Positions 8,885 to 17,709 of a stretch of DNA of 30,661 nt are shown piece after piece (positions within the stretch are counted from its first letter, which is position 1; each line of letters begins with the position of its first letter). Position numbers and translations under genes: made by a program. The notes under the pieces were generated by a model. That model did not search any database. It saw only the letters and a list, made by a program, of their open reading frames with translations, and had not been told where the DNA came from. The DNA is from Candidatus Magasanikiibacteriota bacterium (lineage in GTDB: Bacteria > Patescibacteriota > Patescibacteriia > Magasanikbacterales > UBA922), in assembly GCA_023246565.1 (NCBI GenBank), contig JAHFIE010000001.1, forward strand, positions 1-30,661, written 5' to 3'.

Positions 8885-10314
8885 ATGGATTACTCGCACA
8901 CGCCGGCATTTCGCTGGCGTCGGATGTGGAATTGGCTCCCCATGGGGATCGCGTATGCGCTCCTGTACATGGGGCGATACAACCTCAACGTCGCCCAGAG
9001 CGCGCTCGGCGACAAGCTCATGACCAAGGCTCAGTTCGGCACGATCTTCGCGGTCGGAGCCTGGGTCTACGCGCTGTCGTTCCTCGTGAACGGCCCGCTC
9101 ACTGACAAGGTTGGTGGACGTCGAACCATGTTGATCGGTGTCATGGGCGCGCTCATCGTGAATTTCGCGATGGGACTCGTCCTGTACGGCAACACCCGAC
9201 TCGGCTGGGACATGCCGATCATCTCGACCTTCACCGTCCTCTTTGCTCTCAACATGTACTTCCAGAGCTTCGGCGCAGTTTCGATTGTGACCGTGAAGGC
9301 GCCCTGGTTCCATGTGCGTGAGCGGGGCACGTTCTCCACCATCTCGGCATCCTCATCTCCGCAGGCATTTTCTTTGCCTTTGACTGGGGATTCGCCATCG
9401 TGAACGCGAGTCGCGCGACTCCGAAGGAAGACCTTGGCTTCTGGGCAGCGGTCTTCAAGTCGGTGTTCGGACTCGGCGCGAGCGGAGACGACGAGAACTG
9501 GGCCATCTTCTTCATCCCTGCCATCCTTCTCTCTGTCTTCTGGATCTTGATGTTCGCCTGGCTGCGCAACACCCCGGCTGAAGCTGGCTTCAAGAACTTC
9601 AAGACTGGTGAGGCCATGCTCTCGGCGAGTGGTGAGCGTGAACCGATCAAGACCGTGTTCTGGAAGATCCTCACGCATCCGGTCCTGCAGGTGGTCTGCA
9701 TCGTGGAGTTCGCGAGCGGCTTCCTTCGGAATGGGATCATGCAGTGGTACCCCAAGTTCGCGAAAGAGGTTGGGTTCTCCAAGGACTTCTGGATCAGCGA
9801 CAACTGGGGTCTTGCTCTGTTCATCTGCGGTGTTGCCGGCTCCTTTGCCACGGGCTGGATCTCGGATCGGTTCTTCCGATCTCGGCGGGCTCCCATGGCT
9901 GTCATCCTCTACATCTTCATGTTCGTTGCGCTCGTGTTCATGGGCGGTACTCTGACCGGGAACTTGTGGCTCGCGGGTAGCGCCGTCCTCATCGTTTCCT
10001 TCAGCGTCATTGGTGTGCACGGAATCTTCTCCGGCACTGCGACCGCTGACTTCGCAGGGACGAAGAACACGGGCGCGACCGTCGGGATCGTCGACGGCCT
10101 GGTCTACCTTGGAACCGGGCTCCAGTCGGTTCTCATCGGCTGGTACGCTCCCACTGGCCCTGCGGCCAAGGATCCGTCGAACTGGATGGGGTGGCCTATG
10201 CTCCTGATTCCGTTCGCGCTCATGGGTTGTTTCTTTGCGAACCGGATCTGGAACGCCAACCCCATTCCGGCCACGGTTGATGAACCCTACCAGAAGTACG
10301 ACCTCCGACGCTAG
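8885..10314 (+). pseudogene. GC-rich MFS transporter, organophosphate:Pi antiporter (GlpT/UhpC-like) family, split by a 1-nt deletion near 9344
   Basis: N-half ...YALLYMGRYNLNVAQ...LTDKVGGRR...WFHVRERGTFST; adding one T to atc-tc-ggc gives TIFGILISAGIFFAFDWGFAIVNAS, joining ORF 9400-10314 (GWISDRFFRSRRAP, GATVGIVDGLVYLG). Confidence 0.85.
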
Positions 10315-10407
10315 ACCATTGTTCTTTTCTCGTGCAGGACACATCAACTGCACCTTCGGACCATTTATTTCTTCAATTGAAGGAAAAAATAGACGGAGCA
10401 CATTTGA

Positions 10408-10436
10408 TTGACACAAGGCCTTTTTTTCTTTATACT
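10408..10436 (+). promoter_or_regulatory. Consensus sigma70 promoter for tRNA-His
   Basis: TTGACA-caaggcctttttttctt(17)-TATACT. Confidence 0.8.
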
Positions 10437-10462
10437 TTCACCGCGATCAAGACCCCCAGAGG

Positions 10463-10535
10463 GGTGGCCTTAGTGAAATGGTTATCACGCGAGTTTGTGG
10501 CACTCGCAGTACGGGTTCAATTCCCGTAGGCCACC
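10463..10535 (+). tRNA. tRNA-His(GUG), encoded G-1 and C73, CCA not encoded
   Basis: gtggcct/aggccac acceptor, anticodon arm cgagt-ttgtggc-actcg, T-loop ttcaatt. Confidence 0.93.
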
Positions 10536-10567
10536 CCTTTGCTGGGGTCTTTTCGTTTTTAATACAT

Positions 10568-11671
10568 ATGCCCAATGTTCTTATTTTAACCGCAGCCATG
10601 GGCGGTGGACATAATGCCGCGGCGCGCGCGCTGGCCGAGGCAAGTTCGCACTACAAAGATCTTTCGGTTCTGGTCTTGAATGTAAATGATGCGGCAGGTA
10701 AAACCGGTAAAAAACTTCTGGTTTCTTCATATCATGTCTTGGCCGGAAAATTACCACGAGTGTGGAAATTTTTATATAAAAATACCAACAATGCTCTGGC
10801 GCAGAATATTTTTGCCAATATCAGTGCCGTTCTCTCCGGGATATCCGCAAAACAAATTATAGAACAAGCAAAAAAATTTAAGCCTGACTATATTTTGGGA
10901 ACTCATTTTTTTGCTCCTTACTTTTTGAGCAAAACTCCACTCGCAAAAATACCCTGGGGTATGGTGGTAACTGATTATGCTTGGCATGAAATGTGGTACC
11001 ACCCTATGATTCATAATCATTTTGTTGCCAACAAAATGATTAAAAATAAAAGCAAAACTTTTCAAAGAAACTCAGCTCATTTCTCTATCACTGGTATCCC
11101 CGTGAATCCGGAATTTTATATAACAAAAAATCCTGAGACACTGCGAGAAAAATATTCTATTCCACTCGATCAACCATGTATCCTTCTCCTATCTGGTGGT
11201 GATGGTTTCACTCATGTTGCTGATAGTATTCCTTATTTTAAAAAAATCAAAAAACCCATCACGATTATTGCTATTGCGGGAAAAAATGTAGGATTAGAAC
11301 AAAAATTTGAAAAACAACCATGGCCCAAAGACAGTATTCATCAAGTAGTCGGCTGGACCAATACCATGGATGAATACATGCGTATGGCTGATATTATTGT
11401 GAGTAAACCTGGTGGATTAACAGTAAGTGAATGCCAGGCACTTGGCAAATATATGATCATGGTTTCTCCGATCCCTGGCCAGGAAGAAGCGAATGCTCAG
11501 TACGTCGAGTCCCATGATTTTGGTAAAATAGCACAAGATAATAACGAAGTTATTGATTTGATTAATCAATTTTTAGAAAATCCAAAAAAGTTAATGACCA
11601 AAAAAAATCTGCCAGCAACGGATGCTATCTGGCAGACCATTATCAAAGAATTACAACAAAAATCTAGTTAG
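10568..11671 (+). CDS. GT-B glycosyltransferase, MGDG-synthase/UgtP-like (GT28)
   Basis: AMGGGHNAAA, VVTDY, GIPVNPEF, ADIIVSKPGGLTVSE, SPIPGQEEANA motifs; real start ATG 10568 (track ORF begins inside the tRNA). Confidence 0.85.
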   Translation: MPNVLILTAAMGGGHNAAARALAEASSHYKDLSVLVLNVNDAAGKTGKKLLVSSYHVLAGKLPRVWKFLYKNTNNALAQNIFANISAVLSGISAKQIIEQAKKFKPDYILGTHFFAPYFLSKTPLAKIPWGMVVTDYAWHEMWYHPMIHNHFVANKMIKNKSKTFQRNSAHFSITGIPVNPEFYITKNPETLREKYSIPLDQPCILLLSGGDGFTHVADSIPYFKKIKKPITIIAIAGKNVGLEQKFEKQPWPKDSIHQVVGWTNTMDEYMRMADIIVSKPGGLTVSECQALGKYMIMVSPIPGQEEANAQYVESHDFGKIAQDNNEVIDLINQFLENPKKLMTKKNLPATDAIWQTIIKELQQKSS

Positions 11672-12134
11672 GTATGGCTGTATTCTGTTGCAGTGGATCT
11701 TTGTTATAAAAATCACTATCTGGTTTAACATAAAAATCAGCTTTTTCTTGATAGGGATCTTCTTGAGATTTTCCCCACATAACTGTAAAAAACTTGGCAA
11801 TGCCATAAGAACTCAAAACCACCATAATACCAATCGCGCCTGTGGTAATAATGCTTTTTGCTCGAGTGATTTTGTCACTGTCTCCGGCTGAAGTGAAAAT
11901 AAGATAACCACCAAAAAAAGTCCAGGCAGTAAACATAGTACCGACGACCGTAAGGAATACTTTAATAATTTGAGCTGTCAAAAGACGTGGATCAACTTCT
12001 TTGAGATTCGCACCCTTTTCTCCGGCCAAGGCTTGATTCTGTTTTTGAATATCAGCCAAAAGATCTTGGGCAAAAACCGGTTGGTATCCAAGAAAAAAAA
12101 TAAATGAGCATGTAAGGAGTAAAACAAATTTCAT
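11664..12134 (-). CDS. TrbC/VirB2-like (T4SS_pilin-type) pilin 1
   Basis: Signal peptide; two hydrophobic helices around TSAGDSDKITRAKSII. Confidence 0.8.
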   Translation of the reverse strand: MKFVLLLTCSFIFFLGYQPVFAQDLLADIQKQNQALAGEKGANLKEVDPRLLTAQIIKVFLTVVGTMFTAWTFFGGYLIFTSAGDSDKITRAKSIITTGAIGIMVVLSSYGIAKFFTVMWGKSQEDPYQEKADFYVKPDSDFYNKDPLQQNTAIPN

Positions 12135-12154
12135 AATTTCAACAAATTCAAATA

Positions 12155-12586
12155 TTACTGTTCACTCGAAAATCCTGTTTGTGGTGAAGCTTTTTTTATT
12201 GATTCATTCACTCGATTACCTACAAACGTAGTAATGCTGTAGGCCATGAGAATAATCACCAATCCAACCGCGGCTTTTTCAATTGTTTCCTTGGCCTGAT
12301 CAATTTTACTTGAATCACCATCAGATTTGATCAGTCGAAAACCACCGGTAATAATGAGGGCAACAAATAATGTTCCCAAAAGTTTGAGAATAAAACCAAT
12401 AATTTCCGCAGCCAAAACTCTTGGGTCAGTTGGATTCGCCGCAGAACTGGTTGTGGTTAAACCAGCACCAACTCCTCCGGCTTGAAGCTGACTATCATAA
12501 ATACCCGTAGTAATTTGAGCTTGTGTTACTATTGGCATCACAAGACCGCTCAATACTATTAATGTGGCTATTATATTCATTTTCAT
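12155..12586 (-). CDS. TrbC/VirB2-like pilin 2
   Basis: Signal peptide; DPRVLAAEII...KSDGDSSKIDQAKETI...AYSIT. Confidence 0.8.
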   Translation of the reverse strand: MKMNIIATLIVLSGLVMPIVTQAQITTGIYDSQLQAGGVGAGLTTTSSAANPTDPRVLAAEIIGFILKLLGTLFVALIITGGFRLIKSDGDSSKIDQAKETIEKAAVGLVIILMAYSITTFVGNRVNESIKKASPQTGFSSEQ

Positions 12587-12606
12587 AATAAAATTAATTG
12601 CCTACT

Positions 12607-13077
12607 CTAGGGGATTTGACCACCAACATCAGCCCCAGCTCCTCCCGCCCCAATTCCACCAGCTCCAGCACCAACTCCACTTGCTGCGGGTGGTGTAACT
12701 GCCTTAGCAGCAATATTTTTCATGACAAAACTGGTTATTCCATACGAAGCCAAAGCAATAATTAAACCAACAATACTCGTCTCAATAATTGATTTTGCTT
12801 TTTCAACATTTCCTTCATCACCACGCGCAGTCATCCAAAGATACCCTGCATAAAAAATAAGAGCAGTAAAAACTATACCTGTCACGGACAAAACTGCTTT
12901 TATAATAGTACCAATATTTTGAGCAAACGTTGTTTCGGTCGTATTTGCCGCATCATAACCAGCTTTACCTGCAGCGTCTTTGGCTAAACCAAGACCAAGG
13001 TCAATAGCCATGGTTGATTGGGTTGTAGCAATCAATATCGTGGTTATAAATACAAAACTAAAAAATATTTTTTTCAT
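12607..13077 (-). CDS. TrbC/VirB2-like pilin 3 with Gly/Ala-rich tail
   Basis: WMTARGDEGNVEKAKSII; C-terminal GVGAGAGGIGAGGAG. Confidence 0.85.
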   Translation of the reverse strand: MKKIFFSFVFITTILIATTQSTMAIDLGLGLAKDAAGKAGYDAANTTETTFAQNIGTIIKAVLSVTGIVFTALIFYAGYLWMTARGDEGNVEKAKSIIETSIVGLIIALASYGITSFVMKNIAAKAVTPPAASGVGAGAGGIGAGGAGADVGGQIP

Positions 13078-13085
13078 AGCAAACC

Positions 13086-13460
13086 TTATGGACCACTCGA
13101 AAAACGAGTAGTCACAAACACGGTAATCGCGTACGCACTTACCGTGACAAATAAACCAATGATCGCTGCTTCAATAATATCTCGAGCTTTTTCTACCTTA
13201 CCCTCGTCACCACGGGCTGTCATCCACATAATGCCAGCATATACCATTAAAATCAAAAAAATCAAACCAATAATACTTAAAATTGCTTTAATCGTTGTCC
13301 CCACTAGGTCTTGCGCATTTGACTGGCCCGATACACCAGCTTTATTGGCAATAGAATTAAGCATTGCCTGATCTTTAATCCCTTGAGCAAAAACAAATGA
13401 TGGAACAGTGAGTATCATCAATACCAGACTTAAAAAAAATTTTTGTATGGTTTTTTTCAT
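13086..13460 (-). CDS. TrbC/VirB2-like pilin 4 (minimal form)
   Basis: MKKTIQ signal peptide (ATG 13460); WMTARGDEGKVEKARDII. Confidence 0.85.
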   Translation of the reverse strand: MKKTIQKFFLSLVLMILTVPSFVFAQGIKDQAMLNSIANKAGVSGQSNAQDLVGTTIKAILSIIGLIFLILMVYAGIMWMTARGDEGKVEKARDIIEAAIIGLFVTVSAYAITVFVTTRFSSGP

Positions 13461-13464
13461 AGTA

Positions 13465-14349
13465 TTAAACTCCAGCCTGACCAGAACCAAAAGGGTTAGA
13501 ATCATTATTTTCTTGTGCCTTCAAACCATCATTACATTGATTTTGTGTACTAAAGAGCTGACCAGGACAAGGACTACCACTTCCTGATACGCAGTTACCC
13601 TCAGGGGTGAGGCACCAGCTTTCTTTTTCTTGTCCCGAACCTAAGTCTGACTTTGTCAGTACATTATTCAGACACTGCAAAGTACTACCAGAACTTGTCC
13701 AACAAGAAAGTATGTCCGAACAAGCTGCAGTGCCTACTCCGGGATACATATTCCATTTGCCGTCAGTACCCTTTTTTGAACCATAATCATCTCCCACCGT
13801 TTCTTTTGCTTTGGCTTCACAATCTTGCTCTGTACCAATCATCATGGTTTTTTGTGAGAAAAGATTACTTGTGGCTGGTGTGATACAGCAGACTAAGGTA
13901 CCTCCACCACCAATCACGTTTGGTGCGTCACCAGTTCCATCCAAACTTCCACCACCTGATTTATCCAAAATTATTTTTTGTACGACCAAATTCGTAATCG
14001 CGTATGAACCTACAACAATGACCAGTCCAATAACCGCGGCAATGATGGTTTCTCGCGCCTTGGTTACTTTGTCTTCTTCACCACGAGCCAACATCCAGGT
14101 AAATCCAGCATAAAACATAAGAATAAAAAAGACCAAGCCGATTGCTCCTAAAATTCCTTTGACTGCGGTGCCAGCAATGGTCGCTGTATCTGTTTTTTCA
14201 ATTCCTGTTGGAGCCACTACTGCATCAAGAGCACTGGATGCATCACCAAGAGTTTGTTTTGCTAGGGCAGTGAATGGTTGTAAAGAAAATACTAAACCAA
14301 AAAAAAGTAAACTGAACCAAATAACACGTTTTTTTTGACTTAATACCAT
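13465..14349 (-). CDS. TrbC/VirB2-like pilin 5 with C-terminal Cys-rich extension
   Basis: WMLARGEEDKVTKARETII, Gly linker, then Cys-rich domain. Confidence 0.85.
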   Translation of the reverse strand: MVLSQKKRVIWFSLLFFGLVFSLQPFTALAKQTLGDASSALDAVVAPTGIEKTDTATIAGTAVKGILGAIGLVFFILMFYAGFTWMLARGEEDKVTKARETIIAAVIGLVIVVGSYAITNLVVQKIILDKSGGGSLDGTGDAPNVIGGGGTLVCCITPATSNLFSQKTMMIGTEQDCEAKAKETVGDDYGSKKGTDGKWNMYPGVGTAACSDILSCWTSSGSTLQCLNNVLTKSDLGSGQEKESWCLTPEGNCVSGSGSPCPGQLFSTQNQCNDGLKAQENNDSNPFGSGQAGV

Positions 14350-14392
14350 ATCCTGACCCGTAAAAAATTTGAGCGTTACTTATATGGTTACC

Positions 14393-14488
14393 TGTCATTC
14401 TGGCGAAAGCCAGAATCTAGTATTTATTTAATCCAATTCTGGATTCTGGCTGGAGTTTATCCCGATGAAAATCGGGACCAGAATGACA
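14393..14488. mobile_element. 96-bp MITE/NIME-like palindromic element, copy 1
   Basis: 11-bp terminal inverted repeats tgtcattctgg/ccagaatgaca; ATTCTG-N8-CAGAAT unit; internal cccgat-gaaa-atcggg hairpin; same length and near-identical to 18515-18610. Confidence 0.8.
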
Positions 14489-14522
14489 TTATCCAATACT
14501 GGATACTGACTCTGGTTTATCC

Positions 14523-15167
14523 TTATTTCTTCGAACAACAAACTTTTGGACCTGCTCCACACAAACCACTTATAAAACTATTCCCTTTAACATAAGTCCC
14601 TTTTCCAACAGTACTCACATAGGCATCTAACTCATCTTTTGTTCCTTGAGTTTCATCACATTCAGTTTTAACATAACAACCAAGAGCAGGGTATTCGTCT
14701 TCACAAGGTAATTTAGTTGGAGCCTGGGGTGCTGCTGGCGCTGGTTTTACCCCTCCACCCCCTGCACTACCAGTCCCAACACTCTTAAAGACAAAATTAG
14801 TTAGAGCATATGATCCGAGCACAATTACCAAACCAATCGCGGCCGCGATAATCGTATCAAGTGCTTTGTGAGCTTCGTCTTCATTCCCACGGGCCAACAT
14901 CCATCGTATACCAGCATAGAGCATGAGACCAAAAAACAAAACTGAGACAAGGGATAATCCTGTTCCAACCACATCACCAAGTACGGTCGTAATCGATTTT
15001 GAAGTTTGAATCCCTGCGGCTGTGGCTGTCTCCTCAAGGCCATAATCAGCCAAAGCTGGAGTTGCAAAAGTTACCAAAAAGGACATTATTATTCCAATAA
15101 AACCCAGAATCCAAAATTTTTTCAGAAAAAGAACATTTTTGAGAGCCAACGAAACAGGATAGTTCAT
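14523..15167 (-). CDS. TrbC/VirB2-like pilin 6 with C-terminal 6-Cys module
   Basis: WMLARGNEDEAHKALDTII; Pro/Ala linker; C-x8-C-x5-C-x32-C-x6-CC. Confidence 0.85.
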   Translation of the reverse strand: MNYPVSLALKNVLFLKKFWILGFIGIIMSFLVTFATPALADYGLEETATAAGIQTSKSITTVLGDVVGTGLSLVSVLFFGLMLYAGIRWMLARGNEDEAHKALDTIIAAAIGLVIVLGSYALTNFVFKSVGTGSAGGGGVKPAPAAPQAPTKLPCEDEYPALGCYVKTECDETQGTKDELDAYVSTVGKGTYVKGNSFISGLCGAGPKVCCSKK

Positions 15168-15247
15168 AAAAGAAGTCTACAGATTATTGAGACGCCCATA
15201 GTCCGATTGGACCAGGGGCGATATCCAGAATCCGTATGCAATGAAAC

Positions 15248-15661
15248 CTACGTTGCGCTCGGAGTATTGATAGCCTTGGTAGCACTTTTTATCACAAAGC
15301 TTGAAATTGAATATGCTGCCAAAATAATAACTAATCCAATGACTGCGGCTGACATAATGGTTTTAGCTTTGGTAACATTATCTTCATTTCCCGCAGCAGT
15401 CATCCAAAGAAAACCGGCGTAAAAAATTAAAACAGTGGCAATAGTACCAAGAACCCCAAGAACCACATTGATAATCCCTGTAGCAATAAGACGTGGATCA
15501 TTATTCGTCAGTTTTGAACCTTCAACACAATTAAGACCAAGGGGATCAGCAGGATCATTCCCACAAGGAGGTTCCGGATCAGCCATAGCTGCTGGCGCTA
15601 AAGTAAGAAGTCCAAGAACAAAAACACTCGTGAGAATACCTTTAAACCAATTTTTTTGCAT
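15248..15661 (-). CDS. TrbC/VirB2-like pilin 7
   Basis: DPRLIATGIINVVLG...WMTAAGNEDNVTKAKTIM. Confidence 0.87.
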   Translation of the reverse strand: MQKNWFKGILTSVFVLGLLTLAPAAMADPEPPCGNDPADPLGLNCVEGSKLTNNDPRLIATGIINVVLGVLGTIATVLIFYAGFLWMTAAGNEDNVTKAKTIMSAAVIGLVIILAAYSISSFVIKSATKAINTPSAT

Positions 15662-15696
15662 AGATTTAAAAATTATTATTGGAATAGATTATTACT

Positions 15697-16242
15697 TTAA
15701 AAATCCGTTGGGATATTGTCTTTATTACCACCAGTTGCAGTTGACAATTGATTGATCACAAAGAGAGAAATTGCCCAGGCAGAAAGGATAATAGCAAGAC
15801 CAATAATTCCGGAGAAGATCATCTTGCGAGCTTCACCGACTTTATCTTCATTACCACCAGCTGTCATCCATTTAAAGCCACCGGCAAGGACGATTACTAC
15901 AGCGATAAGACCAAGGAGACCGAGAAGAACGTTAATCAAGTTTGCTGCGGTTTCACGAAGATCTTGATTGCCGAGTTTACCTTTTACTTGATTACCAACC
16001 GGGTTGAGTCCAAAAAGATCTTTTTCACAAGTACCAGGAACATCTGGCTTCGTAGCGTCTTTTTTACAGGTTTCACCAGATTCACAGGCAAGTGAAGAAC
16101 AGCATGAACCAGCTACTGGTTTTCCATCAGCGCCCTTTACCGTAACACAAGCCGCCTGAGTTACTGCTGGCGCAGCAGCAAAAGCCAAAAAACCAAAGAC
16201 GGTGAAGCCAATGACAATGTTCTTTAGACTGAGTCTGGACAT
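15697..16242 (-). CDS. TrbC/VirB2-like pilin 8 (N-terminal Cys module; core identical to pilin 9)
   Basis: WMTAGGNEDKVGEARKMI; CCSSLACESGETC module. Confidence 0.88.
   Translation of the reverse strand: MSRLSLKNIVIGFTVFGFLAFAAAPAVTQAACVTVKGADGKPVAGSCCSSLACESGETCKKDATKPDVPGTCEKDLFGLNPVGNQVKGKLGNQDLRETAANLINVLLGLLGLIAVVIVLAGGFKWMTAGGNEDKVGEARKMIFSGIIGLAIILSAWAISLFVINQLSTATGGNKDNIPTDF
15740..15981. repeat. 242-bp direct repeat, copy 1 (matches 16395-16636)
   Basis: Offset 655 bp; no mismatch seen by eye; translations in the + strand shadow ORFs of both copies are identical. Confidence 0.88.
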
Positions 16243-16265
16243 AAGGCAAAAAATTAATAATCAAA

Positions 16266-16329
16266 TTATGAATTACGAATATAGACTGAGGACTTCGTAA
16301 CTCATAACTCGTCCCGAATGATTCGGGAC
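16266..16329. repeat. Two adjacent palindromes between pilins 8 and 9
   Basis: ttatgaattacgaa (16266-16279) / ttcgtaactcataa (16294-16307), 1 mismatch; gtcccgaat-g-attcgggac (16311-16329). Confidence 0.7.
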
Positions 16330-16351
16330 AGAGTCGACAAAAAATACATCC

Positions 16352-16864
16352 TTAAAAATCCGTTGGAATATTTTCTTTATTACCACCAGTTGCGGTTGAC
16401 AATTGATTGATCACAAAGAGAGAAATTGCCCAGGCAGAAAGGATAATAGCAAGACCAATAATTCCGGAGAAGATCATCTTGCGAGCTTCACCGACTTTAT
16501 CTTCATTACCACCAGCTGTCATCCATTTAAAGCCACCGGCAAGGACGATTACTACAGCGATAAGACCAAGGAGACCGAGAAGAACGTTAATCAAGTTTGC
16601 TGCGGTTTCACGAAGATCTTGATTGCCGAGTTTACCACTGACTTGGTTTCCAACCGGATTCAAGCCAAAGGTATCTTTTTCACATTTTCCATTGCCACCT
16701 GTCAGTTCATCGGCAGTGCCTTTACAGGTTTCGCCAGATGAACAATCAAGCGCGGTTTTACAACCAGCTAGGGTAGCTGAAGGTAATACCAAAAAACCAA
16801 AAAAGGCGGCAATTATAATGGCAAGGCTGACTTTTTTGTGCGTTAATGTAAGTGTTTGTAACAT
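16352..16864 (-). CDS. TrbC/VirB2-like pilin 9 (N-terminal Cys module; core identical to pilin 8)
   Basis: GCKTALDCSSGETC...GKCEK then the same core; GGAGG RBS upstream. Confidence 0.88.
   Translation of the reverse strand: MLQTLTLTHKKVSLAIIIAAFFGFLVLPSATLAGCKTALDCSSGETCKGTADELTGGNGKCEKDTFGLNPVGNQVSGKLGNQDLRETAANLINVLLGLLGLIAVVIVLAGGFKWMTAGGNEDKVGEARKMIFSGIIGLAIILSAWAISLFVINQLSTATGGNKENIPTDF
16395..16636. repeat. 242-bp direct repeat, copy 2
   Basis: See 15740-15981. Confidence 0.88.
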
Positions 16865-16911
16865 GGTATCACCTCCCTTCAGTTTAGGGTGAATAAATAT
16901 TTTTTTGAAAA

Positions 16912-17595
16912 CTAATTTTGTGGTGGAGAAAGAATTTTTTTACAACTTGCCTCATCAGGAAGTGGCGTACCACCATTTGCAAGACAATTTGTAGCTGGAT
17001 TTTCTTGACAAACACCATCTACAAAACACCAATTGAATGTTAGAGAATAATCACATGCTTCTTGACTGTCATACGGTATCCCAGCACAAGCATTCCCTGA
17101 CATTATAGCACACTGATTTGTTTTCATGTCCACACAATAAACTTGCAATGAATCAGCCGTCGTATTTCCCGCACCAATTCCTTTAAATACCAACTTCAGT
17201 ATAGCATAGCTCGAAAAAATAATACATATACCAATCACTGCCCACAGCATCGCATCACTACCTTGTTTAACTTTTTCCGCATTACCTGCTGCAGTAACCC
17301 ACATAAATCCACCGTACACAAATACGAGTAGAGCTAATGAGCCCAAAATACCCAATACATTCGCAATTGCTTTTCCAACGATTTGTTGTAAATTCGTTGT
17401 TCCTTTTATGGGATCTTCCCCTGATATTGGATTAATTAATTGGACAATAGTTTTATTTTTATCTTCTTTACCAGCATTGGCTGGTTTGGGTGGGATTGGT
17501 ACAGGCGCAGCTTCTTCTGCCAGAGCCAAAACTGGGGTAAGAAAAAAAATACTTATCCCGATCAAAATCATTATTTTTGATACAAATTTCATCAT
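16912..17595 (-). CDS. TrbC/VirB2-like pilin 10 with two C-terminal 4-Cys repeats
   Basis: WVTAAGNAEKVKQGSDAM; YC..C..C..C and WC..C..C..C modules; ATG 17595 preferred over TTG 17610. Confidence 0.83.
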   Translation of the reverse strand: MMKFVSKIMILIGISIFFLTPVLALAEEAAPVPIPPKPANAGKEDKNKTIVQLINPISGEDPIKGTTNLQQIVGKAIANVLGILGSLALLVFVYGGFMWVTAAGNAEKVKQGSDAMLWAVIGICIIFSSYAILKLVFKGIGAGNTTADSLQVYCVDMKTNQCAIMSGNACAGIPYDSQEACDYSLTFNWCFVDGVCQENPATNCLANGGTPLPDEASCKKILSPPQN

Positions 17596-17674
17596 ATCTT
17601 TTTGATCCAATTAATATGTTATCCAAACCAACTTTTCTATCATTTTCACAAAGTAGATTAGACCAATCTTGGAC

Positions 17675-17700
17675 TGTCATTCTGGCGAAAGCCAGAATCC
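17675..17700. repeat. Truncated half of the 96-bp element
   Basis: tgtcattctggcgaaagccagaatc matches the first 25 bp of the full copies. Confidence 0.8.
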
Positions 17701-17709
17701 AGAATCGTA

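Noticed and set aside
9067-10416. 449-aa minus-strand ORF, plus other overlapping ORFs at 8855-9313, 9249-9905 and 9608-9955
   Set aside because: Antisense or alternative-frame shadows of the GC-rich MFS gene; Arg/Pro-rich with no motifs
6867-10535. Xer recombinase next to tRNA-Arg as the integrase of an island ending at tRNA-His
   Set aside because: No duplicated tRNA 3' end (att repeat) found; the protein looks like a chromosomal Xer, and the flanking SPFH gene has host composition
10478-10567. N-terminal extension of the glycosyltransferase, and ORF 10332-10529
   Set aside because: They overlap tRNA-His and its promoter; the real start is ATG 10568
15748-16741. Duplicated plus-strand ORFs (15748-16095, 15752-15967, 16403-16741, 16407-16622)
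   Set aside because: Antisense shadows of the duplicated pilin cores; used only as evidence of nucleotide identity
12090-17550. A7-A8 homopolymers in pilin signal-peptide regions as phase-variation tracts
   Set aside because: Short runs encoding Phe are expected in AT-rich DNA; all genes are in frame
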